From the IMG/VR virus record IMGVR_UViG_3300045988_090625: a stretch of 52,082 nt of DNA; one strand, written 5' to 3'. The DNA comes from a virus. This document shows, piece by piece, positions 33,447-41,106 of the stretch (positions are counted from its first letter, which is position 1; every line of letters starts with the position of its first letter). The position numbers and the translations under genes are program-made. Under the pieces are notes generated by a model. That model made no database searches, had not been told where the DNA came from, and worked only from the letters and a program-made list of their open reading frames with translations.

Positions 33447-33752
33447 ATGGATGATGAATTAAACAAACTCATGTTTGAAACACAAAAACAATATAAGAAG
33501 TCGAACAAATTAAAAGATAAAATCATTATCTTATTAACAGTATTAATGTTTGCAGAAGCAGTAATCTTTTATGGTGGGTTCGTTTGGTATGAAAGTCAGT
33601 TTGATTATGTGTCAACAGAACAAAGTACAGAAACGCAGGATGTTGATGTTTCAACGAGTGGAGAAAATGCAAACGAAGAATACAATGACAATGATATACA
33701 GGGAAATCAATATAATGGCAATGCCGTACATAATGAGGGCGGTGAGCAATAA
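33447..33752 (+). CDS. Single-pass membrane protein with acidic C-terminus
   Basis: TM 'IIILLTVLMFAEAVIFYGGFVW'; 101 aa. Confidence 0.6.
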   Translation: MDDELNKLMFETQKQYKKSNKLKDKIIILLTVLMFAEAVIFYGGFVWYESQFDYVSTEQSTETQDVDVSTSGENANEEYNDNDIQGNQYNGNAVHNEGGEQ

Positions 33753-33901
33753 TGGCAAAAGCGAGCGTACACGTAACAAAGTCTACAACGAAAACACACA
33801 CAACAGTTAAGGTTGGGAAGTCACGAAACAAAAGTGGCGGTAATCCAAACAGATGCCCTGTTTGTGGCAAATTCACATCGAAAGGTGGGAGTAAGGCATG
33901 A
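33752..33901 (+). CDS. Small basic protein with one CxxC (49 aa; not in track)
   Basis: MAKASVHVTKSTTKTHTTVKVGKSRNKSGGNPNRCPVCGKFTSKGGSKA; TAATG and ATGA coupling on both sides. Confidence 0.5.
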   Translation: MAKASVHVTKSTTKTHTTVKVGKSRNKSGGNPNRCPVCGKFTSKGGSKA

Positions 33902-34131
33902 ACAAGGAACAGAGAGAAGTTAGAAAAAGATTAAAAGGAATAAACACCGTGAAACAATTTGAAGAAATGCTGGATAGCGTTTTGATTTCAGAAGAAGAGA
34001 GAAGAATCTTAAATCTGATTTACAAAGAACAAAAGCCGTTCTCAATAGTAGCAGATGAAATCGGAATATCTGAAAGAACGCTAACAAGAAAACACGCAAA
34101 GTTACTAATGAAAATAGGAAGTATGTTTTGA
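33898..34131 (+). CDS. Sigma-70 region-4-like HTH transcriptional regulator
   Basis: 'EERRILNLIYKEQKPFSIVADEIGISERTLTRKHAKLLMKI'; 77 aa, too short for a full sigma factor. Confidence 0.6.
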   Translation: MNKEQREVRKRLKGINTVKQFEEMLDSVLISEEERRILNLIYKEQKPFSIVADEIGISERTLTRKHAKLLMKIGSMF

Positions 34132-34135
34132 TTAA

Positions 34136-34160
34136 GGGACACCGAAAGGTGTCCTTTTTT
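34136..34160 (+). terminator. Intrinsic terminator (GAAA tetraloop)
   Basis: GGACACC-GAAA-GGTGTCC followed by TTTTTT. Confidence 0.9.
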
Positions 34161-34247
34161 ATTTGTCCTTTTATTGGCGTTTATGTGGCATATATAGCGG
34201 TTTGAATTTGATATATTATAAGCATACAAGGAAGGAGGGAAAAACCG

Positions 34248-34709
34248 ATGTATGGAGTAAATAACAGCATACAACAGCAATTGGCACAAAATAGAATGAA
34301 CCAACTTGAGACACAATATAACAATATGTTTCCACAACAATATATGCAACAGCCAATGCAAATGCAACAACAAATGCAAGTACCACAGTACCAACAGCAG
34401 AATGTACAAACATTAAAAGGCAGACCAGTATCAAATGTGGATGAAGCAAAGGCAAGCATGATTGATTTAGATGGAAGTTTGTTTGTTTTTCCAGATGTAG
34501 CAAATGGTTGCATTTATACAAAACAAATAATGCTTGATGGAACAGCAGAGTTCAAAACATATAGAATTGTTGGTGAACAAAAACCAAAACAAACAAATGA
34601 TGAATATGTTTTACGTTCAGAGTTTCAAAAACAATTACAATGTATAAATGCAGAACTTAAAAGATTGAGAGGTACAGAAAATGAACATGATGAATATGTT
34701 TCAGAATAA
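34248..34709 (+). CDS. Hypothetical protein with Q-rich N-terminus
   Basis: 153 aa; 'QQYMQQPMQMQQQMQVPQYQQQN', then a globular region 'LKGRPVSNVDEAKASMIDLDGSLFVFPD'; GGAAGGAGGG RBS. Confidence 0.7.
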   Translation: MYGVNNSIQQQLAQNRMNQLETQYNNMFPQQYMQQPMQMQQQMQVPQYQQQNVQTLKGRPVSNVDEAKASMIDLDGSLFVFPDVANGCIYTKQIMLDGTAEFKTYRIVGEQKPKQTNDEYVLRSEFQKQLQCINAELKRLRGTENEHDEYVSE

Positions 34710-34863
34710 CCCAATGTTTCAAAGGGCACAGCAAATGGTACAAGGAAAGTCGGAAAAAGAAATAGAACAAATTGCAAGTAATTTGTGCAAACAAAGAGGA
34801 ATAAACATAAACGATGCTTTTGAACAATTTAAACAATTCAAAAGCCAATTCGGTATCAAGTAG
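34681..34863 (+). CDS. Small hypothetical protein (M/N/Q-rich N-terminus)
   Basis: 60 aa; GAGAGGT RBS 8 nt upstream; overlaps upstream gene by 29 nt. Confidence 0.55.
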   Translation: MNMMNMFQNNPMFQRAQQMVQGKSEKEIEQIASNLCKQRGININDAFEQFKQFKSQFGIK

Positions 34864-34916
34864 GTATAAGCGTATAAAAGCGTTTATATAAATAAAATTT
34901 TTTAGGAGGTAACATT

Positions 34917-35615
34917 ATGAGTATGGACGGAAATGGACTTAGCGTAGCCGATGCATTAGCACTTGGAAGGGACAACGACGGAATGTTTGGTGATGGCAAT
35001 GGCAGTTGGATTTTCTTCCTTTTCTTTCTCCTTGCATGGGGTGGAAATTTTGGAAACTGGGGAGGTAATGGAATGAACAGCACAGCAAGCGCATATACCG
35101 ATAGCGCAATCCAGAGAGGATTTGATAACCAAGCAGTCATGAACAAACTTAACGGTCTGGAAAATGGTATTTGTGATGGTTTTTATGCTGTCAATACTTC
35201 CTTGCTTAATGGCTTTAATGGAACACAACAGGCAATTAACAACGTAGCAGTTGCAGGTATGCAGAACACAAATGCATTAGCAACACAGCTTTCCGATTGT
35301 TGTTGCACAACACAAAGAAGTATTGATGCAGTACGTTATGAAAACGCTAGAAACACCTGTGACATTGTAAATGCTATTAAAGCAGATGGTGATGCAACAA
35401 GAGCATTAATGACACAGAATGAAATTCAGAGTTTGCGTGACCAGTTACAAAATGCAAACTTCCAGTTAAGTCAGCAGGCTCAGAACGCAACACTGATTGC
35501 GACATTAAGACCTACACCAATTCCTGCATATCAGACATGTTCACCATATGAGAGTGCTTACATGTACTCAAGATGTGGATGTGGAAATAGCTATAATACA
35601 GGATGCGGCTGTTAA
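34917..35615 (+). CDS. Membrane protein with Gly/Trp/Asn juxtamembrane tract, N/Q-rich helical region and Cys clusters
   Basis: 232 aa; TM 'SWIFFLFFLLAW', 'GGNFGNWGGNG', 'DCCCTT', C-terminal 'CGCGNSYNTGCGC'; TAGGAGG RBS. Confidence 0.7.
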   Translation: MSMDGNGLSVADALALGRDNDGMFGDGNGSWIFFLFFLLAWGGNFGNWGGNGMNSTASAYTDSAIQRGFDNQAVMNKLNGLENGICDGFYAVNTSLLNGFNGTQQAINNVAVAGMQNTNALATQLSDCCCTTQRSIDAVRYENARNTCDIVNAIKADGDATRALMTQNEIQSLRDQLQNANFQLSQQAQNATLIATLRPTPIPAYQTCSPYESAYMYSRCGCGNSYNTGCGC

Positions 35616-35659
35616 AAAGGTCAAATAGTGATTTATCCGCTTTATGCGTGAATTTGTAG

Positions 35660-35687
35660 GGGCGGTGATTAAACCGCCCTTATTTTG
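35660..35687 (+). terminator. Intrinsic terminator inside the orphan cluster
   Basis: GGGCGGT(35660-35666)/ACCGCCC(35673-35679), loop GATTAA, then TTATTTT. Confidence 0.75.
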
Positions 35688-35730
35688 GCATATAATGGCT
35701 TATAAAGGTATTAGAAAGGAGCATAATAAA

Positions 35731-36105
35731 ATGGCATGTAGTTTATACAACAATAATGGTTATGGCTGTGGCGGTTGTGTACATTTTGTAAAAACAAATA
35801 GCGTAACTCTTACAGACAATGTTTTGATTTTAAACATTCCACAGGCAACATATTCAAACAAAGAAAAAGTATGTATTTGTATTGCACAAGCAATTCCAGA
35901 AGTGACAAGTGCAGATACAGTAGCAGTAACAATTGGAGCAGGAGCAACACAGTATGTGCTTAGAACAAAGTGTGGAAACAATGTTCATGCCGACCAGTTA
36001 CGAAGCAGAAAAGTATATCACACAAATGTAGCAACGGATGTTGGAACTTTTATGGTATCAAGCTGTGAACTTAATGGGACAGCATTTAATTTCCCAACAA
36101 TTTAG
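35731..36105 (+). CDS. Cys-rich beta-type hypothetical protein
   Basis: 124 aa from ATG 35731 (AAAGGAG RBS). The track start 35644 lies inside the terminator. 'MACSLYNNNGYGCGGCVHF'. Confidence 0.65.
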   Translation: MACSLYNNNGYGCGGCVHFVKTNSVTLTDNVLILNIPQATYSNKEKVCICIAQAIPEVTSADTVAVTIGAGATQYVLRTKCGNNVHADQLRSRKVYHTNVATDVGTFMVSSCELNGTAFNFPTI

Positions 36106-36118
36106 GAGGTGAACAAGA

Positions 36119-36868
36119 ATGACAATTAATGAATCACAGTACAACAAACAGAACATGAATGAAACAAACATGGCAATGCAGGATGAACAGCCTTGGAATG
36201 TTGAAACAAGTAAAAGAACAAACTATATGAACAGAACAGGAATGACGGACAGGGAAAAAGAACAAAAGGCAGAGGAAATTTATCTGAAATTAGATGAACA
36301 TATGCAGAAAGCACTTGCATTGCATGAACAGTTAGCAGATTATTTTTGTTTCCTTGGTTTGCAGGGATTCAAACGTAAACTGGAATATCAGTATATGTGC
36401 GAAGTAGCAGGCAAAAGGAAGTTGCATCACAAGTACGTAAATATGCATCATAAATTAATTCCTATGCGACAGGTAGAAGTTCCGCACCTTATTCCAAACG
36501 AATGGAGCAGATATACAACACTTGACGTGAATGACAACGTATTGCCTAAGTATGTCAAGTCTGCTATGGAACAATACAAAGAATGGGAAGAAAAAACAAA
36601 ACAGCTGTATGAGGATTTATGGCAGGAGTGCATCGCATATGGAATGACAGCGGATGCTGAATATATTTCAGACCTTGTTTCTGACGTAACAAAAGAAATT
36701 AAGAAAGTAAATAGAATGTGTGAACAGCTTAATGGAACAGGATATGATGCAACAGCAATTCATACAATGCAAGATAAGTTCCATGAAAAATACAAAAAGA
36801 AATACGAAGATGAATACACAGATAAAACAATTCGTAAAATGAAGAAACAAAATAAAACAAATGAATAA
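36119..36868 (+). CDS. Hypothetical helical protein, weak ferritin-like resemblance
   Basis: 249 aa; 'LADYFCFLGLQGFKRKLEYQYMCEVAGKRKLHHKYVNMHHKLIP' loosely parallels ferritin helices A-B; AGGAGGTG RBS. Confidence 0.65.
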   Translation: MTINESQYNKQNMNETNMAMQDEQPWNVETSKRTNYMNRTGMTDREKEQKAEEIYLKLDEHMQKALALHEQLADYFCFLGLQGFKRKLEYQYMCEVAGKRKLHHKYVNMHHKLIPMRQVEVPHLIPNEWSRYTTLDVNDNVLPKYVKSAMEQYKEWEEKTKQLYEDLWQECIAYGMTADAEYISDLVSDVTKEIKKVNRMCEQLNGTGYDATAIHTMQDKFHEKYKKKYEDEYTDKTIRKMKKQNKTNE

Positions 36869-36872
36869 CCTT

Positions 36873-36935
36873 ATAAGCTATATATTATATAATATAATTA
36901 TATTTATATTATGTTTTATATAGCTTATTTTTTTA
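36873..36935 (+). terminator. A/T-only long hairpin plus T7 run (terminator or structural element)
   Basis: ATAAGCTATATA(36873-36884)/TATATAGCTTAT(36917-36928), perfect 12 bp, 32-nt A/T loop, then TTTTTTT. Confidence 0.55.
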
Positions 36936-36972
36936 TGTTTAAAAATAAATTTAAAAATATTTAAAATAAGTG

Positions 36973-37000
36973 TTGACTTTTATGTTCATTGTGTTATAAT
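36973..37000 (+). promoter_or_regulatory. Sigma70-like promoter
   Basis: TTGACT 36973-36978, 16-nt spacer, TGTTATAAT ending 37000. Confidence 0.6.
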
Positions 37001-37053
37001 AAAATCAAGTTAAGGAACTAAACAAAATAAGAAAACAACAGAGAGGTAAGAAT

Positions 37054-37395
37054 ATGAAGAAAAGAACATTTAAAACAGAAATGAAATTAGACTTACGTCA
37101 GCCAAGATTAAACAAAAATAATACCATTGAAGAGTACACGGAACAATTGATAGACAAAAATGAGTATCACAATATAAAGGCAGTTTGTTCAATGGCTTTT
37201 ATTATGAACAACACAGAGTTTGAATGTTTTAAAAATAGTCTATTAAAAGATTATGACTTCTTAAAAGATGTTCCTTGTGGATGTGAGAAAGATTATACAC
37301 AGTATGTTGTGATGATTGTAAACGAAGAAACAAAACAAAAGTTTTTTGTAAATACACAAGGTTATAGTTATGCAAGATATTGTTTATTTGATTAA
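37054..37395 (+). CDS. Hypothetical protein
   Basis: 113-aa ORF, GAGAGGT RBS. Confidence 0.65.
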   Translation: MKKRTFKTEMKLDLRQPRLNKNNTIEEYTEQLIDKNEYHNIKAVCSMAFIMNNTEFECFKNSLLKDYDFLKDVPCGCEKDYTQYVVMIVNEETKQKFFVNTQGYSYARYCLFD

Positions 37396-37412
37396 AAAAA
37401 AATATAATTAAG

Positions 37413-37444
37413 GGGTTGACAAGTTCAACCCTTTGATATATAAT
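37413..37444 (+). promoter_or_regulatory. Hairpin-embedded promoter
   Basis: GGGTTGA(37413-37419)/TCAACCC(37425-37431) stem contains the -35 TTGACA 37416-37421; N17; TATAAT 37439-37444. Confidence 0.6.
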
Positions 37445-37496
37445 TAAGACATAAAGAACAAGAGAAAACAACCGTAGAAGAAAAGGAGAAAATAAA

Positions 37497-37802
37497 ATGA
37501 GTAAATATGTAAAAAGAGGAACACTGGTAATTGACAAAGAGACAAACAAGAAGATGTACCCAGTAGGAAAATGGAACACTTATTCACATGTGTTCTATAA
37601 CTACAATGATAGATGTTTCAATAACATGATGGAACAGAACACAGAAAAGAGTGAAAAACAGTTTGAAACAGCCGAGAGATTGCTGGAACTGTTCGAGAGA
37701 AATCCGAGAGTGAATGACATTGTATATGCATACTATGAGGATTATAGAAAAATGCGCGATGTAATTGAAGCGTATGTGTTTAGACATGGTGGAAGAATTT
37801 AG
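37497..37802 (+). CDS. Hypothetical protein
   Basis: 101-aa ORF, AAAGGAG RBS. Confidence 0.65.
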   Translation: MSKYVKRGTLVIDKETNKKMYPVGKWNTYSHVFYNYNDRCFNNMMEQNTEKSEKQFETAERLLELFERNPRVNDIVYAYYEDYRKMRDVIEAYVFRHGGRI

Positions 37803-37810
37803 TTAAAAAA

Positions 37811-37860
37811 GTTTTGATTATACTATTGACAAATAAAAATGTTAGTAGTATAATCAAAAC
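37811..37860. repeat. Perfect 14-bp inverted repeat bracketing a promoter
   Basis: GTTTTGATTATACT 37811-37824 and AGTATAATCAAAAC 37847-37860, 22-nt spacer. Confidence 0.9.
37826..37854 (+). promoter_or_regulatory. Sigma70-like promoter
   Basis: TTGACA 37826-37831, N17, TATAAT 37849-37854 (the -10 lies inside the right arm of the inverted repeat). Confidence 0.6.
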
Positions 37861-37901
37861 ATAAAATAAAACAGAGGACAAGTTGGAGGAGAAAAACAGA
37901 A

Positions 37902-38189
37902 ATGAAAAAATTTACACAGTTTTCAAAAGTAGCAATCATTGATAAGGATGGAAATACAAATCCTTGGTGTGGAACAAAGAATGATGATGAAAGCAACTAT
38001 CTGACATTCAAATATTGGCACAAAGGAAACTATGAAAGAATCTATGTAAATGATTATAAGCGAAGAACAGTAGGTTACATTGATTTAGCAACAGAGGAAA
38101 TTGTTTCAGATTATTCAAACAACAGTGACTATGTAAGAACAATGAACTTTTTCTTAGAAAATTATGAAATTGATGTTGACAACAAATAA
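37902..38189 (+). CDS. Hypothetical protein
   Basis: 95-aa ORF, TTGGAGGAG RBS. Confidence 0.65.
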   Translation: MKKFTQFSKVAIIDKDGNTNPWCGTKNDDESNYLTFKYWHKGNYERIYVNDYKRRTVGYIDLATEEIVSDYSNNSDYVRTMNFFLENYEIDVDNK

Positions 38190-38204
38190 AAAGTGTGGTA
38201 ATAT
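38176..38204 (+). promoter_or_regulatory. Sigma70-like promoter (TGGTAATAT -10)
   Basis: TTGACA 38176-38181 inside the end of the upstream ORF, N17, TAATAT 38199-38204 with TG at 38196-38197. Confidence 0.5.
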
Positions 38205-38245
38205 ATAATCACAGAAACAAAGAAAACAAATTGGAGGAAATAAAA

Positions 38246-38431
38246 ATGAAAGATAATAGAATTGTGAGAGCAGAACTTTTAAATGATGAAACAAAGAAGC
38301 CGCTACTGGATGCGGTAGAAGAACTTAGAAAACAGGTTCTTGGAGAAAGCAAAATAAAATATCCAGAGCAGTATGTCGTTGAAGTAAATGGCAAAAGATA
38401 TGACAAGAGATTTTATAAAGGAGCAATGTAA
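38246..38431 (+). CDS. Hypothetical protein
   Basis: 61 aa from ATG 38246. Its 26-nt leader plus RBS is identical to that of gene 175-939. The track start 38195 lies in the promoter. Confidence 0.6.
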   Translation: MKDNRIVRAELLNDETKKPLLDAVEELRKQVLGESKIKYPEQYVVEVNGKRYDKRFYKGAM

Positions 38432-38550
38432 TGAAAAAAAGAAAGTTGTCCAGATGGACAAAAGAAGCAATAGAAACTATTGGAACAATAGTAATAACAA
38501 TTGCAATGGGATATGCAATGTTAATAATTTTTGGATTATTTTTTTGTTGA
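38431..38550 (+). CDS. Small membrane protein (39 aa; not in track)
   Basis: MKKRKLSRWTKEAIETIGTIVITIAMGYAMLIIFGLFFC; AAAGGAG 7 nt upstream; stop overlaps the next -35. Confidence 0.5.
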   Translation: MKKRKLSRWTKEAIETIGTIVITIAMGYAMLIIFGLFFC

Positions 38551-38575
38551 CAAATAAAATATTATGTGTTAATAT
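38547..38575 (+). promoter_or_regulatory. Sigma70-like promoter (TGTTAATAT -10)
   Basis: TTGACA 38547-38552, N17, TAATAT 38570-38575 with TG 38567-38568. Confidence 0.55.
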
Positions 38576-38611
38576 ATAAGAGTAGTAAATAGCAAACAGG
38601 AGGAACATACA

Positions 38612-39241
38612 ATGGAATACAATAACATGAAGGTTGCAGAGTTAAGAGAGGAAAGCAGAAAAAGAGGATTAACGCTTGAAAGCAAAGGACACAAATTCAC
38701 AAAGGCAGAGTTAATTGAAAGATTAACAAAATATGACCTCGAAAACAAAGATACACAGGTAGATATTGATAAAAAGACTTCTGAGTGTGTAGAAGTGACA
38801 GAGGAAACAAAACGGGAAAACAAAACAAACAAGGTAACAAAAGTTTATCATGCAGAAAATGTTGAAAACAAAATTTCATTTGCGAAAACGCTTGATGAAA
38901 TTATTGAAAAGTATGGACATGAAAAACAGCAGAGAGTGTATGATGAAAACCTTATGGTTGGTTCATTAGTTGTATTCATGCACTATGTAGAAGCAAAAGA
39001 TGGAAACATCTATAAAAAACTTAGAACAGCGAAAGTTGTTGGAGTAAACAGAAAACAGCGTAAAGTAAGAGTAAAAACATTACTTGGAACAGAATTGGAG
39101 TTGCTTTTCTCAGATTTGTTCTATATCAGAAAGGATGATGAAAGAAGTTCATACCCTATGGACATCAAAGAGTTTTTGAGAAACAAGAGAACTGAGAAAG
39201 GACGGGCGTTGATTAATGAAAAACTCAACTACAACAATTAA
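38612..39241 (+). CDS. HeH/SAP-motif DNA-binding-like protein
   Basis: N-terminal 'MKVAELREESRKRGLTLESKGHKFTKAELIERLTKYD'; 209 aa; AGGAGGA RBS. Confidence 0.65.
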   Translation: MEYNNMKVAELREESRKRGLTLESKGHKFTKAELIERLTKYDLENKDTQVDIDKKTSECVEVTEETKRENKTNKVTKVYHAENVENKISFAKTLDEIIEKYGHEKQQRVYDENLMVGSLVVFMHYVEAKDGNIYKKLRTAKVVGVNRKQRKVRVKTLLGTELELLFSDLFYIRKDDERSSYPMDIKEFLRNKRTEKGRALINEKLNYNN

Positions 39242-39767
39242 AGCCAGCATAAAACGGTTATATGAATTACAGCAGGAGAAGAAGAACTTCGACAAATACT
39301 ATAATGAAGTGAGAAACAAAGAGCAGGTAAGTATTTCAAATTTCATGTTTTCAAACCTTGAAAAAGGAACTGAAACATTTGAAATAACTTTAGATGATGG
39401 TTATGAATACTACAAGGATAACAAACAGTTGAAAATAACAAAAGTAAGAACAAAGAAAATTATTTGGTTACTTGATAAACTGAAAGAAAAGTTGTCAAAG
39501 GAAACGCAGAAACAAGTTATCAATAAAATGTATACAATCAAAGATTTCAATGGACTTGTAAAGTATCTAAAAGCGTGTGGCGTTGATGCAAAAAAGTTTA
39601 AAAAATACATTGAAGTACAGGAAGAGTTGAACGAAGCAGAGTTGAACAGATTGTATGAAGTGGGTAAAATTAGCAAAAAAGAAATAAACGGTTGCTATGA
39701 GTTAAAACTTGGAGAGCCTTATATAAGAATCACAGAAAAGAAACAGGGACATGAAGAGGATTTATGA
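39216..39767 (+). CDS. Hypothetical protein upstream of primase
   Basis: 183-aa ORF, K/E-rich. Confidence 0.6.
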   Translation: MKNSTTTIKASIKRLYELQQEKKNFDKYYNEVRNKEQVSISNFMFSNLEKGTETFEITLDDGYEYYKDNKQLKITKVRTKKIIWLLDKLKEKLSKETQKQVINKMYTIKDFNGLVKYLKACGVDAKKFKKYIEVQEELNEAELNRLYEVGKISKKEINGCYELKLGEPYIRITEKKQGHEEDL

Positions 39768-40716
39768 TGGCAAAGACCTAGCAAGAGTATTAATCTACTA
39801 CGGATTAGTATATGACATAGAGCAAGCAGAGTTCAATATAATTTGTCCTTTCCATGATGATATAAACCCTAGCATGAGAATAACTTTAAATGATGGTACA
39901 TTTTACTGTTTTGGATGTGGAGTAAACGGAAATGCCTATGACTTTGTAAAATTTGCAAATCCAGAATTAAATGAATTACAATGTTGTATTCTTTTAGAAC
40001 AAATAATAAACAGTGAAGAAATAAAACAAATCAATGTAAAGTATAAAAAGAAAAGAAAGAAAAACAATAAACAAGCATTGATTGAAGCACACGATTATTT
40101 TTATGGATTAAAAAGCATTGATTGGAACAAAGCCGAAACAAAAGAACAAGTTGAAACACTGGACTATATGAAGCAAAGAGGTTTTGATGCAAGAGCGTTG
40201 AACATAGCAGATTGTAGAACAAATTACAATGTAGCTTATCCGTTTGTTTTTCCGATTCTTGACAATGGAAAGTTCAAAGGGTGGGTTGGCAGAACAACAA
40301 ATAAATACACAGCGCAGAAACGTAAGTATTTGTACAATGATGGTTTTAGGAAGCGTGAAACATTGTGCGGAACATATGAAAAAAATAGCGTAGTATTTTT
40401 GTGTGAAGGATTTATGGATTATTTGAGCATTAAAACAAGGGGACATGTAAAAAATGTTTGTGCATTACTTGGATGGCATTTATCAGATGGACAGTTAGAA
40501 AAGTTAAAAGCGCAAAACATAACAACAGTTGTCTCGGCATTGGATAATGACAAATGTGGAGAAAAAGGAACTGAACTTTTGAAACATTATTTCAATGTTG
40601 TGAGATTTCCATATCCAGAAGATAAAAAGGATTGTGGGGAAATGTCTGAGGAAGAAATAAAAATGGCTATACGAGCCGTTAAAAGGAGCATAAAGGCACA
40701 TGAATATTGTGATTGA
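39751..40716 (+). CDS. DNA primase (DnaG-like: CHC2 zinc finger plus Toprim)
   Basis: 'CPFHDDINPSMRITLNDGTFYCFGCGVNG' and Toprim 'VVFLCEGFMDYLS...ALDNDKCGEKG'; no helicase domain. Confidence 0.85.
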   Translation: MKRIYDGKDLARVLIYYGLVYDIEQAEFNIICPFHDDINPSMRITLNDGTFYCFGCGVNGNAYDFVKFANPELNELQCCILLEQIINSEEIKQINVKYKKKRKKNNKQALIEAHDYFYGLKSIDWNKAETKEQVETLDYMKQRGFDARALNIADCRTNYNVAYPFVFPILDNGKFKGWVGRTTNKYTAQKRKYLYNDGFRKRETLCGTYEKNSVVFLCEGFMDYLSIKTRGHVKNVCALLGWHLSDGQLEKLKAQNITTVVSALDNDKCGEKGTELLKHYFNVVRFPYPEDKKDCGEMSEEEIKMAIRAVKRSIKAHEYCD

Positions 40717-41083
40717 AGTAAAAATGAAAATGGTTGCATATCATAAATTAACGATGCAAAAATTAAATATTGACAAAGTAATCCGAAGGGAATATAATGA
40801 GGACAGCGAAGAATATAAAACATTGGTTGAAATGTATGAGCCAGTGTTCAATATGAAACGTGAAGAAAACAAAGATGATTTTGATGCAAAACTTGCAGAA
40901 TCAATCGGAAAGGATGCAGGAGAACAATTAATTGAATCAGTTGAAAAAATTGCAAAAGTCTATAAAGAAACAATCTTAAATGATAAAAATGGCTGGATTG
41001 AATTTGGAGGTTGTGTTTTCAGTGCAAAAGACTTTTGTGCATTACAGATTGATGATTATAAAGTAAGAGTATCAAAAGCGTAA
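40700..41083 (+). CDS. Hypothetical protein
   Basis: 127-aa ORF in the replication module. Confidence 0.6.
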   Translation: MNIVIEVKMKMVAYHKLTMQKLNIDKVIRREYNEDSEEYKTLVEMYEPVFNMKREENKDDFDAKLAESIGKDAGEQLIESVEKIAKVYKETILNDKNGWIEFGGCVFSAKDFCALQIDDYKVRVSKA

Positions 41084-41106
41084 AACAAACAGGAGGATTT
41101 AAACAA

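Noticed and set aside
33571-33810. Alternative-frame + strand ORFs (33571-33810, 22484-22693, 41795-42022, 38388-38579, 50582 start)
   Set aside because: They are embedded in or overlap better-supported genes in another frame. They lack an RBS, and their sequences are compositionally odd.
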